Below are positions 8,479 to 18,776 of a stretch of DNA of 64,000 nt, piece by piece; position 1 is the stretch's first letter; each line of letters begins with the position of its first letter. The stretch comes from an uncultured Aquimarina sp. (GTDB lineage Bacteria; Bacteroidota; Bacteroidia; Flavobacteriales; Flavobacteriaceae), in assembly GCA_947492105.1 (NCBI GenBank), contig CANLMN010000004.1, forward strand, positions 113,894 through 177,893. Direction: 5' to 3'. The notes beneath the pieces are model-generated. The model did not search any database, had not been told where the DNA came from, and was given only the letters and a program-made list of their open reading frames with translations. The position numbers and the translations under genes were made by a program.

Positions 8479-10198
8479 ATCATTAGTAATAATACTATTC
8501 TTTACTTCAGTTACATTGGAGTTCCTTTTTTGTCAGGTATCTACTCAGACAGATAAAAAAAAACTTTACCAAAAGGGAAAAAAAATATGTAAAACTGATA
8601 CTCAAGTAATTTTTTGTAAAGCTTTTAATTTTTATAGAAACAAAGCTTTTGATTCTTGTTATATTTATAGTAACATGGCGTTTTCAGAAAATTTATCAAA
8701 AGAAAAACGTGATATTTTAAACTATATACAAGGAGTTAGCGCACTGAATAAAAAGCTTTACAAAAAAGCATTAAATAATTTTCATTCCATATCAAGCACT
8801 ACTGATTATCAAAATTTTAAAAACCTTAAATTAGGACAAATACACCTAAAGCTTGAAAAGTATGATAGTGCAATCTATTATTACCAAAGATGGGATACGA
8901 ATAGCATTCATACTGATCTCGTTTTTAAAAAGAATGGATATCATAATCTAGCGCTTTCATATTTACATAAAAAAGAATTCTCTAATGCAAAAAAATATTT
9001 TGACAAGGAATTAGAACTGATTCATACAGCAGATACTTTGGAGATAATCACCAATAAAATGGAATTAGCGAATATTTATTATACCCAATACAAAGATGAG
9101 ATAGCGATTCCTCTTTTTCAAGAGGCATATGAATTGGCTAAATCTTTTTCAAATCTCGAATTAAAGCTCAATACCAGCAAAAATTTGGCAGTAGTTGAAA
9201 AAAACAGAAAAAACTATAAAAAAAGTATTGAGTACTATACCGTATATGACAAATGGAAAGATACTATTTGGAACAGAGACAAAATATGGGAGCTTACAGA
9301 GCGGGATAAAGAATTGGCCGTAGCACAAAAACAAAATGAAATTACGATACAAAAAGAAAAACTGAAACAGCGAAACATACAACGTGCAAACTTGATTATA
9401 GGAACAGTTATCTTGATTATTTTTAGTGGATTTCTCTGTTATTTTTACAGAAAACTGATCCTAAGTAACAAGTTAATTATATACCAACAGGAAAAATTAA
9501 AGAGTGTCAATAAAACCAAAGACTATTTGTTTTCTGTAGTTTCTCATGACTTACGTTCACCAATTAATACGTTGAAAAAACAGCATCAACAGATTTTAGA
9601 TTGTATGATTTCTAAGGATTTTTCAGGAGTTGAAAAAACAACAAAAACAGCAATCGCTATAACTGAAGATACTTTTCACTTATTAAACAATGTGCTTCAT
9701 TGGTCATTAGAACAAAGTGATCAGTTGCTTTTTAATCAACATATATATCCACTACAATCCCTTGTTGCACAGACTTGGTACAATTTGGAAACTATAGCCA
9801 AAACGAAAGAAATCACCTTTCGCAATCAAGTAAACACTGCTATTTTAATAAAAGTTGATAAAGAATCTTTAAAAATTGTGCTTCGAAATCTTTTTGATAA
9901 TGCCATAAAATATACTAGAGCAAAAGGAAGCATAACTGTAACCACAGAGATGATTCCTGAGGATCAAATTGCCATTGTAATTAAAGACACTGGGATAGGA
10001 ATCTCCAATGAGCGAGTCGTACAAATTAATCATCTAAAAGATATTTCTATTGACAGAATAGATAGATCCAAGGGTATAGGGCTTGGCTTATTACTCTGCC
10101 AAACATTAATTAGAAAAAATAATGGTACACTGATAGTTCATAGTACACTTAATAGTGGTACCCAAATGAAAATAGTATTACCCTTTGTAAATACATAG
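8468..10198 (+). CDS. TPR-repeat sensor histidine kinase
   Basis: N-terminal signal/TM segment, TPR-like repeats, a TM helix (LIIGTVILIIFSGFLCYFY), H-box FSVVSHDLRSPIN, N-box NLFDNAIKYT, and G-boxes DTGIGIS and GIGLGLLLC. Confidence 0.9.
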   Translation: MINKSLVIILFFTSVTLEFLFCQVSTQTDKKKLYQKGKKICKTDTQVIFCKAFNFYRNKAFDSCYIYSNMAFSENLSKEKRDILNYIQGVSALNKKLYKKALNNFHSISSTTDYQNFKNLKLGQIHLKLEKYDSAIYYYQRWDTNSIHTDLVFKKNGYHNLALSYLHKKEFSNAKKYFDKELELIHTADTLEIITNKMELANIYYTQYKDEIAIPLFQEAYELAKSFSNLELKLNTSKNLAVVEKNRKNYKKSIEYYTVYDKWKDTIWNRDKIWELTERDKELAVAQKQNEITIQKEKLKQRNIQRANLIIGTVILIIFSGFLCYFYRKLILSNKLIIYQQEKLKSVNKTKDYLFSVVSHDLRSPINTLKKQHQQILDCMISKDFSGVEKTTKTAIAITEDTFHLLNNVLHWSLEQSDQLLFNQHIYPLQSLVAQTWYNLETIAKTKEITFRNQVNTAILIKVDKESLKIVLRNLFDNAIKYTRAKGSITVTTEMIPEDQIAIVIKDTGIGISNERVVQINHLKDISIDRIDRSKGIGLGLLLCQTLIRKNNGTLIVHSTLNSGTQMKIVLPFVNT

Positions 10199-10204
10199 TA
10201 CGTT

Positions 10205-10948
10205 ATGAAAAAACTAAAACTATTGGTTTTAGAAGACCAACCACAAGAAGCTAACGAAATTAAGCTGTTTCTGGAAAACAACAATTATGATGTAATAGTA
10301 TCCAAAAACTTAGACGAAGCTAAACAAATAGCAGAAATCATTGTTTTTGATATGATCGTTTTGGATATTCTTATTAATGGAAAACCTGAGGGTATTAATT
10401 TTGCCCAGTATCTAAATAAACAAGGGATTGATATCCCTTTTCTATTTGTAACTAGTGTACAAAGTAAATTGATTTTTGATCAAGCAAAGCTCACCAATCC
10501 TTTCAGTTATTTACTAAAACCCTATAATAAACTAGAGCTTTTATTTTCTCTAGAACTTGCTATCGAATCTCATTACCAACAATCAAATGCATTGAGTTAC
10601 CAGCCTAAAAATGCGGTTTTGAGTCCCATTTTTTTCTTTATCAAAAAAAAGAATAGTGTCGTAAAAGTTGAGGTGCAATCTATAAGTTATATAGAAGTAA
10701 AAGAAAAATATTGTTGCCTGAAATGTGACAAAGATCAATACCAAATTAAATTATCACTGACACGAATAAAAAAAACACTTTCCAATCCAGATTTTAAACA
10801 AGTTCACCGGAATTATCTCGTCAATATAAAAAAAATTAAAAAGATCTATTTTGAAGATAATCTTATACTATTAGATAATAATGACAAAATTTCATTTAGT
10901 GAACGCTACAAAAACTTGTTTATCAAGGATCATATTATTTTTAGATAA
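10205..10948 (+). CDS. LytTR-family response regulator
   Basis: REC domain (LVLEDQ..., acceptor Asp in MIVLDILINGK, LLKP) plus a C-terminal LytTR motif (FKQVHRNYLVNIKKI). Confidence 0.9.
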   Translation: MKKLKLLVLEDQPQEANEIKLFLENNNYDVIVSKNLDEAKQIAEIIVFDMIVLDILINGKPEGINFAQYLNKQGIDIPFLFVTSVQSKLIFDQAKLTNPFSYLLKPYNKLELLFSLELAIESHYQQSNALSYQPKNAVLSPIFFFIKKKNSVVKVEVQSISYIEVKEKYCCLKCDKDQYQIKLSLTRIKKTLSNPDFKQVHRNYLVNIKKIKKIYFEDNLILLDNNDKISFSERYKNLFIKDHIIFR

Positions 10949-11072
10949 CACTTATTCATCTAAACGAATACCAGTCAAAATAGAACTTATACTATTTAAA
11001 AAGTTATAACAGTAATAATCATAATACCACATCTTTTTGTTTTTGCTATAAACTCAATAATATAACCAATAC

Positions 11073-11108
11073 AAAAAAAGCTGCCAATAGATCTTTGGTA
11101 GCTTTTTC
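11073..11108 (+). terminator. intrinsic terminator after the response regulator
   Basis: AGCTGCCAA-tagatct-TTGGTAGCT (one mismatch) followed by TTTTT. Confidence 0.5.
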
Positions 11109-11270
11109 TATTTAAAACTTTAAATATCCTTCATTTTTTTTCAAGACCAAAAACAATGTCAAAATAGCTTAATTATACTTCTAGAGCAGAAAAAAAATTA
11201 TTCAACAAATACTTTATCCCCTGAAATACTTACATTTAGACTAACTTAATTAACGCTAACAATACTATTT

Positions 11271-14200
11271 ATGAAAAGTCTTTACAATGACAAAGAAAGA
11301 GAAGACGGTAAAAAAGATAGAGATCTTGCACCAAAAGATGCCAAATATTACAATACCACCTGTGATTGTAAGGACCCCATCGATTGCTTGGAACACATGT
11401 TCTGCACAATGACGCAAGAACGCCGTGTGGTTATGGAAGGGCAATGTCCTGCAAGACGTCCTGTTTTTTTGCGAACTCATGGTATTATTGAAGGTGAAAT
11501 CACTATTCTTGAAAACGACAACCTGTCCAAAGACTATAAACAAGGTATTTTTAAGAAACCGTCCAAACACCCTGTATACGTGCGTTACTCTTCGGATTTG
11601 GCAGATGGTAGACCTGATTGGAAAAGTACCATCGGCATTGGCATCAAAATTTTCAATATTGATAGTACTGACCCCATAGAAAAAGATAAAAAAGCAAAGA
11701 AAACAGATACCGCCGATTTATTACTACAAAACGTTCCCAATTTCTTTGTGAATACAGCTAGGGATATGTGCAATTTCACAAAAGCTAGTTTTGAAGGATG
11801 GGGTGATGAATGGATACAAGATAATGCACCCAATACCAATCAATTATTAGGTGATATGGCAAAACCGATCCGCTCTGTATTTGAAACCTCTCTATGGAGC
11901 GTAGTACCTTTCAAGTTGGGAGATGGATTCTGTAAATATATCGTTAGGCCTGGTACCTCTACATTTTTTGAAGAACCAGACATTAATGATCCTGATTTTT
12001 TGGCCAAAGATTTGGCTGGCCGTATGGCAACAGGACCAGCAACATTGGATATATATATACAGAAACGTCCAACGACAACAGATGGTTTTAGTCAAACATA
12101 TATAGACGAACATTTTCCATTGGATAGGGCAACCGTTATTTGGGATGAAAAAGAAGCGCTTCCTGTAAAAGTAGCCACGATCAAAATGAAAAAGCAAGAC
12201 ATAACCAAAAAAGAACAAGAGATATATGGTGATTGGTTAGCTTTTAATATCGGTCGCACAGCCGAAGACAACAAACCTGCTCCACAAAGTAGTGTAGCAC
12301 AAGCACGTGTTCGCGTATATCAAGCAAGTGCCGATTATAGAAGAAAAATGAATGCGCAGCCAATAGAAGAACCAACGGCTCCAGGTAAACCAGAAATAAA
12401 AAATCCCAAATGCCCATTCAGTGGTGTAAAACCACAACCTCCAAAAGAGCACCCCAAAGCCCTAACCCAAAATCAGATTGATGCTATTACAAACGTTCGT
12501 ATTCATCCCGGCATAGGAATAGCACGTGTAGGTAATAGCACCAAAGAATATTATATTGGACCAGAGGTATCTAACCCAAAACCAACGCCCTTCGGTGATA
12601 CGAGAGATAAAACGGGTGCTATAAAAAGACAAGCTGCACGTTTTAGAGTATATGGCTATGACAAGAACGGTACTATTGTTGCCGAAATACAACAATCCAA
12701 AAACACGCAAATAGAATGGACTGTCCATGTGGCAAATAAAAAATCTGCTTGGTACGAGTTTAATGCTGCAATGGATATTCCTGCAACAGTAACCTTAGAA
12801 GTTCCTCTTAGAAACCCCGATGTCAAAGGCAATGCAAGAGCTGCTTTGGCAATAGATCCGGGAGAAAAGAAAATTATGGGATTAGAAATGAATGACTCTA
12901 GTTACAATCTAAATGGAAATTTTCAAGGTACTCCTGTCCTGTTGGGACAACTACGTACTGATTCCGTAGGACGTTTATTATTCATGCCTGGGTTTGGTGT
13001 TTCTGCAAGCCCTGCAAATACACCTGTCTTTGACCCTGCAAATCCAAGTACATTCAATAACCCAGCAGGATGGTATGACGATATTGCCGATGGACCTGTA
13101 AGAGCAAAAGTGACAATCGGTGACAAAGATTTTGAAGCAGACCCTGCATGGGTAGCATCCGCTCCGCCAAATTATGCGCCAAACATTGTGGGCTGGAGAA
13201 CGATGAACGATCTTTTACAAAATGTATATATGTCCTCGGGAATGTTGGCCCTACCCACTCGTGTTTCCTTTCAAAAACACGTAAAACCAATTCTAACACG
13301 TTTGAGTGAATTACAATGGGTAAACAAAGGTTTTTTATCAATGTTTGGAGCAGGAGCTCCAATGGATTTTAATGATACAACACTACTCAAAAAATTAGCA
13401 ATAGCTCCAGTAAGTATGATCTATCCTGATCCTAACGGCGAATTAAGACGTACAATATATAATAGTTTTAGAGCCAAAGATGTCAAATCTGTAGAAGAAG
13501 GAGCTTGGCCCTGGATCTATGGCGATGCTTTTGGGTATACCAATCCAGATCCTACAGTAGCTCCCTCTGCAAGTACCTATTTGCAGTTACCTGCATTTTA
13601 CGATTACGTACTTTCTGCTTGGGTCAAAGGGGATTTTATTAGCGATTACAATCCTAATGAAAACAAACACCAAACATTTGATACAATACCGCTACAAGAG
13701 CAACCTAATGTATTGGATGAAGCCAATATGCATTTTTGTCTTGCTGATGCCTTTCATCCAGGAGCAGAATTGACTTGGCCAATGCGGAATGCTTCCATGT
13801 ACCGAGCACCATATCGTATAAGGATGCGCGCAGCCGGAAAAGACGCTCCTATTTACGGGTCCAAATTAACAACAGAAGAAGTCATTGCTATGAATGGTCC
13901 GCTGTATGACCAAGGTCCGGGAGATCTAACTCGATGGATGGCCGTACCATGGCAAGGGGATACTGCTTTTTGTCGTTCTGGTTATGATATGGAATACGAT
14001 CCATACCTACCAACATTCTGGCCAGCTAGAGTTCCAAATCAAGTGCTTACTCGTATTGACTACTATACGCTTATGGATAAAAACAAAACAGACGAAGAGC
14101 GTATCGCTGCATTCCATAACAGACCTAGTTGGTTACGTCAACTGCATGGTGCTAACCCTGTAGCCGAACAAATGATCTATATGATTGAGCATTTTGGAGA

Positions 14201-14441
14201 AATGGGGATTATGGAAGCCATGCCTTCTCCTAATAAAGAAAAAGGCTTTGAATGGATGCCGGACCAATTATATGTAGAAAATTTGACTTCGGTTAAAGGC
14301 GCAGAATTAGATGAAGCACATAAACTATTTTTAGAAAATTATGGAGCCATGAATGACAAAAATCGAGCCTTGACAGAAGCTGGATGGTTTAGTGAAGAAC
14401 AACGAAATGAATTTGCAACCATTAAACGGAGAGGAAACTAA
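11271..14441 (+). CDS. catalase-like domain fused to a LodA/GoxA-family (CTQ-dependent) amino-acid oxidase domain
   Basis: The N-terminal region (about residues 55-360) shows RRPVFLRTHGIIEG...VYVRYSS...IGIGIKIF...VIWDEKEALPVKVATI...ARVRVYQASADYRR, the pattern of catalase-related heme proteins. From about residue 405, ITNVRIHPGIGIARVGNS..EYYIGPE is the LodA N-terminal signature. The C-terminal part has FCLADAFHPGAELTWP and WMAVPWQGDTAFC. Confidence 0.75.
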   Translation: MKSLYNDKEREDGKKDRDLAPKDAKYYNTTCDCKDPIDCLEHMFCTMTQERRVVMEGQCPARRPVFLRTHGIIEGEITILENDNLSKDYKQGIFKKPSKHPVYVRYSSDLADGRPDWKSTIGIGIKIFNIDSTDPIEKDKKAKKTDTADLLLQNVPNFFVNTARDMCNFTKASFEGWGDEWIQDNAPNTNQLLGDMAKPIRSVFETSLWSVVPFKLGDGFCKYIVRPGTSTFFEEPDINDPDFLAKDLAGRMATGPATLDIYIQKRPTTTDGFSQTYIDEHFPLDRATVIWDEKEALPVKVATIKMKKQDITKKEQEIYGDWLAFNIGRTAEDNKPAPQSSVAQARVRVYQASADYRRKMNAQPIEEPTAPGKPEIKNPKCPFSGVKPQPPKEHPKALTQNQIDAITNVRIHPGIGIARVGNSTKEYYIGPEVSNPKPTPFGDTRDKTGAIKRQAARFRVYGYDKNGTIVAEIQQSKNTQIEWTVHVANKKSAWYEFNAAMDIPATVTLEVPLRNPDVKGNARAALAIDPGEKKIMGLEMNDSSYNLNGNFQGTPVLLGQLRTDSVGRLLFMPGFGVSASPANTPVFDPANPSTFNNPAGWYDDIADGPVRAKVTIGDKDFEADPAWVASAPPNYAPNIVGWRTMNDLLQNVYMSSGMLALPTRVSFQKHVKPILTRLSELQWVNKGFLSMFGAGAPMDFNDTTLLKKLAIAPVSMIYPDPNGELRRTIYNSFRAKDVKSVEEGAWPWIYGDAFGYTNPDPTVAPSASTYLQLPAFYDYVLSAWVKGDFISDYNPNENKHQTFDTIPLQEQPNVLDEANMHFCLADAFHPGAELTWPMRNASMYRAPYRIRMRAAGKDAPIYGSKLTTEEVIAMNGPLYDQGPGDLTRWMAVPWQGDTAFCRSGYDMEYDPYLPTFWPARVPNQVLTRIDYYTLMDKNKTDEERIAAFHNRPSWLRQLHGANPVAEQMIYMIEHFGEMGIMEAMPSPNKEKGFEWMPDQLYVENLTSVKGAELDEAHKLFLENYGAMNDKNRALTEAGWFSEEQRNEFATIKRRGN

Positions 14442-15586
14442 TGACAACACCACACTATGATGTTGTTATTGCTGGAGCAGGTCCTGCGGGATGTGCTGCT
14501 GCAATACGGTTACGCCAATTTGATATATCTGTATGCCTAATAGATGATGTTCAGGATAAGATATGGAAAATTGGCGAATCCCTTCCCGGAGCAGCCATCC
14601 GACTTCTAGATCGTTTGGGAATACAAAACCTAGATCAATTACTCACACCTAGAGAGTATGTAGCTTGTGTTGCGAATGTAGCTGCCTGGGGCACTAATGA
14701 CTGGACATACAACGATGCAATTAGAAACCCCCAAAGCGGAGGATGGCATATTTTGAGACATAGGTTTGATACTGCATTACGGCAATTAGCACTGCAAAAA
14801 GGTATTGCTTTTTATACTGCCAAAATTGGAAAAATAACACGGAATAATGTGGTAGAGACTACTACAAAAACTACTTATACAATAGCTTTCAAAACCAACA
14901 AAAAACAAGTCCCAAGAACCATCATATCACAATGGCTTATTGATGCCACAGGACGTTCTGGAGCAGTTCTAAAACAGCTAAATATTAAGCGTTGGCAATT
15001 TGAAGAACAGTTTTCTGCTTTTGCTTGGTTAAAACCAGATTCTACAAAAAACCTGACACAAACAACCCGTATCAAATCTGTAGAACACGGTTGGTGGTAT
15101 AGTGCTAAGTTACCAGATAACACTAGAATAATTGCTTTTTATGGACTGTCAAATAGGGTTTCTGATATGGTCAAATCTTCAGAATTTTTTATAGCCGAAG
15201 CTAATAGAAGTACTCTTTTAGAAGATTCCATTGTTCAGGAAGCTATTCTAGAAGGCGTTGCTGCTTGTAATGCATCGACCTCTTTGGCCCAAGAAGTTAC
15301 TGGAGCATCTTGGCTAGCTATTGGTGATGCTGCATTCTCGTTGGATCCCATTTCTTCTCAAGGGATCTTTTTTGCCCTATACAGTGGTATAAAAGGTGCC
15401 GAAACGATAGCTACCTCTCTAGGAAAAAACTCTAATACCGCACAAACACTTGCACTCTACAAAGAACAGATTAAAAATGTATTCCTTGCGAATCAAAATT
15501 CAAGAACACATTTTTATACCTCAGAATTACGTTACACAACACAAGTTTATTGGAAACAATATCATCAACGCTCAAAAATCATATAA
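14441..15586 (+). CDS. LodB-like FAD-dependent oxidoreductase (putative CTQ-maturation flavoprotein)
   Basis: GxGxxG dinucleotide fold in YDVVIAGAGPAGCAAA. The ATG overlaps the upstream TAA by 1 nt (TAATG). Position matches the lodAB-type gene pair. Confidence 0.75.
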   Translation: MTTPHYDVVIAGAGPAGCAAAIRLRQFDISVCLIDDVQDKIWKIGESLPGAAIRLLDRLGIQNLDQLLTPREYVACVANVAAWGTNDWTYNDAIRNPQSGGWHILRHRFDTALRQLALQKGIAFYTAKIGKITRNNVVETTTKTTYTIAFKTNKKQVPRTIISQWLIDATGRSGAVLKQLNIKRWQFEEQFSAFAWLKPDSTKNLTQTTRIKSVEHGWWYSAKLPDNTRIIAFYGLSNRVSDMVKSSEFFIAEANRSTLLEDSIVQEAILEGVAACNASTSLAQEVTGASWLAIGDAAFSLDPISSQGIFFALYSGIKGAETIATSLGKNSNTAQTLALYKEQIKNVFLANQNSRTHFYTSELRYTTQVYWKQYHQRSKII

Positions 15587-15872
15587 ACTACCAAAGTGAT
15601 TTAAATTTGTTGATGTGGTTTTGTGGTCGTATGACATCTAAAAAAAAACATAAATCATTTCTTGTACTACCATCGACCTCTGTAGCACTCCATATCATAT
15701 CAAAATTATAGAAGTGTGATCAAAAAAGCCAAAAACGATATCTCCCCAAAACTTAACGATTCCTTAGGACAAAAACTTCTTCAAGATTTTGTAATTTGTC
15801 ACTCTGGGATGATTTCTCTCCTCACAATAATTAAGAAGGAATTACTTAGTTTTTTTAGTAAAACCAAATACC

Positions 15873-17153
15873 ATGTCATTAGTACAACAAAACAAATCAA
15901 CAGAGTTCATTGCTTTAGAAAATCAATATGGAGCTCATAATTACCATCCACTACCTGTAGTTCTGAATAAAGGAGAAGGTGTCTATGTCTGGGATGTAGA
16001 AGATAATCGCTACTATGATTTCTTAAGTGCATATTCAGCCGTCAATCAAGGACATTGTCATCCAAAGATTATCAATGCAATGTTAGAACAAGCAAAAACA
16101 CTCACACTCACTTCTCGAGCCTTTTATAACGATCAATTGGGACAGTATGAAAAATATGCAACAACCTACTTTGGATTTGACAAATTACTCCCCATGAATA
16201 CGGGTGCAGAAGCGGTAGAAACCGCTATCAAGATCTGTCGAAAATGGGCATATGAGAAAAAAGGAATTCCAGAAACAGCTGCACAAATCATTGTGTGTGA
16301 TAATAACTTTCATGGACGGACCACCACCATTATTTCTTTTTCTAATGATGAGGATGCTCGGAAGAACTTTGGCCCCTATACTCCTGGTTTTATCAAAATT
16401 CCTTATGATGATATCCCTGCACTCCAAGATGCACTAGAGAAAAACCCAAATGTAGCTGGTTTTTTGGTAGAACCTATTCAAGGAGAAGCTGGAGTGTATA
16501 CTCCTCAACCTGATTTTTTGGCAAAAGCAAAAGATTTGTGTAACAAGAATAATGTATTATTTATTGCAGATGAGATTCAAACTGGGATTGCGCGTACAGG
16601 ATCCTTATTAGCGGTATGTGGTAATTGTACATGTTCGGGTCACTGTGAACAACAAAAAACATATTCCCAACCCGATATTTTGATTTTGGGCAAAGCACTC
16701 TCTGGCGGTGCATATCCCGTTAGTGCAGTATTGGCTGATAACAAAATTATGGAAGTGATACAACCAGGACAACATGGCTCTACCTTTGGCGGTAATCCTA
16801 TTGCCTCGGCAGTAGCTATAGCTGCACTAGAAGTAGTGAAAGAAGAAGGTCTGACACTGAATGCACGAAAAATGGGTAATTACTTCAGAGAAAAACTTTC
16901 TGAATATATCAAAAACTCTAGTATAGTATCACAAGTCCGTGGCAAAGGTTTACTTAATGCTATAGTAATTAACGATACCCCGGATAGTAGTACAGCATGG
17001 GATATATGTGTGGCCCTGAAAGAAAACGGGCTTCTTGCCAAACCCACGCATGGGAATATTATCCGTTTTGCTCCTCCACTTGTGATCAACCAAGAACAAC
17101 TGGATGCTTGTATTGCTATAATAACAATGACACTAAAAGATTTTGAAAAATAG
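15873..17153 (+). CDS. rocD: ornithine--oxo-acid aminotransferase
   Basis: Class-III aminotransferase with typical OAT blocks: NYHPLPVVLNKGEGVYVWDVE, LSAYSAVNQGHCHPKI, DEIQTGIARTG, GKALSGG, HGSTFGGNP. Confidence 0.9.
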   Translation: MSLVQQNKSTEFIALENQYGAHNYHPLPVVLNKGEGVYVWDVEDNRYYDFLSAYSAVNQGHCHPKIINAMLEQAKTLTLTSRAFYNDQLGQYEKYATTYFGFDKLLPMNTGAEAVETAIKICRKWAYEKKGIPETAAQIIVCDNNFHGRTTTIISFSNDEDARKNFGPYTPGFIKIPYDDIPALQDALEKNPNVAGFLVEPIQGEAGVYTPQPDFLAKAKDLCNKNNVLFIADEIQTGIARTGSLLAVCGNCTCSGHCEQQKTYSQPDILILGKALSGGAYPVSAVLADNKIMEVIQPGQHGSTFGGNPIASAVAIAALEVVKEEGLTLNARKMGNYFREKLSEYIKNSSIVSQVRGKGLLNAIVINDTPDSSTAWDICVALKENGLLAKPTHGNIIRFAPPLVINQEQLDACIAIITMTLKDFEK

Positions 17154-17508
17154 ATTCAATATTGAAATCTTATATAACTAAAAATAATATAATGAATTAC
17201 ACCTGCTACCTAGAACAACAATTTAGGTATATTAATTGGTATATTAATTCCTATTATAGACAACGGGATGCTATGACATAGTCTTTAATTAGTGCTGTTG
17301 TTATTTAAAAAAGAATTAATAATCATTAAGTTATAAAATAAGGAGGAAGCATTTGATTACCTATATACAACACACTACTTCAAAACCTTCCTCCTTAAGT
17401 ATAGCTTTTTGAACTTAAAATTTTTGGTCAGAGTACAGCTGTATGGGAATTAAAAAATACCTTAATGGGCGCATACTATTGTTGTTAAAATTCCATTACT
17501 CTTAAGCA

Positions 17509-17646
17509 GATCTAATTTAGGTATATAAACTCGTATTAGTGACACTGCTATTTTTTTGTGTAAAAACACCGTGATACTATTGCATAGCCTTAGCTATGGA
17601 ATACATGAACAAGGGGGTATGCGACATTATATAGCTAATTTGAGAT
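17509..17646. repeat. family-C MITE-like repeat
   Basis: CTAATTTAGGTATATAAACTCGTATTAGTGACAC...CACCGTGATACTATTGCATAGCCTTAGCTATGG...ATATAGCTAATTTG is colinear with 39815-39971 in reverse orientation. Confidence 0.75.
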
Positions 17647-17660
17647 AAGATAGAACCATA

Positions 17661-17778
17661 ATACTAGTTAAAATGTAATTGTCGACTAAAATAGTTGAAC
17701 TATTTTTCGCTAGTTTGAGCTAAAAAACAGTAGAAAAAGAACCGAATTATTAGCCTGGAATTATTTTTTAAATGATAT
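17661..17778. repeat. family-B repeat with the centre deleted
   Basis: ATACTAGTTAAAATGTAATTGTCGACTAAAATAGTTGAACTATTTTTCGCTAGTTTGAGCT joins directly to AAAAAACAGTAGAAAAAGAACCGAATTATTAGCCTGGAATTATTTTTTAAATGATAT. Confidence 0.75.
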
Positions 17779-18073
17779 GAAAAACAAAAACGTAATCTCG
17801 GGAAATTAAATATTTCTAATTTGGTGGAAGTTTACGCATAAATACTGACGTCATACAGAAGGAAGCTTAGCAGGAGTTAAGTAACGAATTGTTATGATAC
17901 CTACCGCACTACATACTTTACCTCTGCGACTTTTTGAATTGTTCGTTTTGTAAGAAAAACGTACTGGATGCGAATTTTTAGAACTAAATCCGTGAGAATT
18001 ACACCTTCTTCTATTTTTTGATTAAAGAACTCTACCACCATTCTAGCGATTTCATAATCACTAATATCCGTTT

Positions 18074-18538
18074 TTATTTAATTCGTTTTTTAATAAGTAT
18101 TATTTGTCCAAGATGATAATACGTGTGTTCAATCATTGCGTCAATATTCCGGCAATAAGTCCCGTATTGTTTATCTACAAAGTCCGATATCATTTTTTCT
18201 TCTGACATCTTTTTAACAAGTTCAATAAATTCTTCCGAGTCAAGGCAAAACTTATTCACTAAATTTTGCCAATCTTGTTCAGATTGTATCGGTGGATAAT
18301 CAAAACTATATTTGTCTCGTATATCAAGTGTTCCTCCTTCGAGAACTTTTTTTACTCCAGCTATATAATAATCAATATGAAAAGTCAAATCAGCAATAGT
18401 GTTAAAGTCATCTATTCTTTGAGTTGCTTGTTTCCAATCAAGATTAATTATTTGTTCTTTGAAATTTGTTCCTAAAACCCATTCTCCTTCAATAAAAATT
18501 TCCTTCAGTCGGTTGGCTAAATATTCGTTTAATTTCAT
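18074..18538 (-). CDS. DinB-superfamily (DUF1572-like) protein
   Basis: Size and pattern fit a four-helix-bundle DinB-like protein (FHIDYY..., IEHTYYHLGQI). Confidence 0.6.
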   Translation of the reverse strand: MKLNEYLANRLKEIFIEGEWVLGTNFKEQIINLDWKQATQRIDDFNTIADLTFHIDYYIAGVKKVLEGGTLDIRDKYSFDYPPIQSEQDWQNLVNKFCLDSEEFIELVKKMSEEKMISDFVDKQYGTYCRNIDAMIEHTYYHLGQIILIKKRIK

Positions 18539-18776
18539 TTTATGTTAACCTTTATATTTTTTGGCAGTTTTATCAAATGGCTTACAATATTTTGGCGTCA
18601 AGTACAGACAATATTTTTTTGTACTGCATAGCGGTACAATGAGTTAAAAAAAGACAAAAATTGTGTTATAAAACTTAAAACCGCTTCAATATCCAAAAAA
18701 AACTATAAAAAACGATTCCTAGCTACAATTATGCTTTAAATAGCATATTTTGCTATTATACTCCTGCCGAATACTG

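Noticed and set aside
11265-13362. Track ORFs antisense to or overlapping the oxidase gene (for example 11265..11570, 11585..11839, 11892..12218, 12237..12452, 12462..12728, 13054..13362)
   Set aside because: They lie entirely within a 1056-aa ORF that has clear family motifs. Their compositions are low-complexity and Phe/Cys-rich, typical of antisense frames in AT-rich DNA.
15716-15940. 74-aa ORF overlapping the rocD start
   Set aside because: It is out of frame with and overlaps the well-supported rocD N-terminus, and it has no motif.
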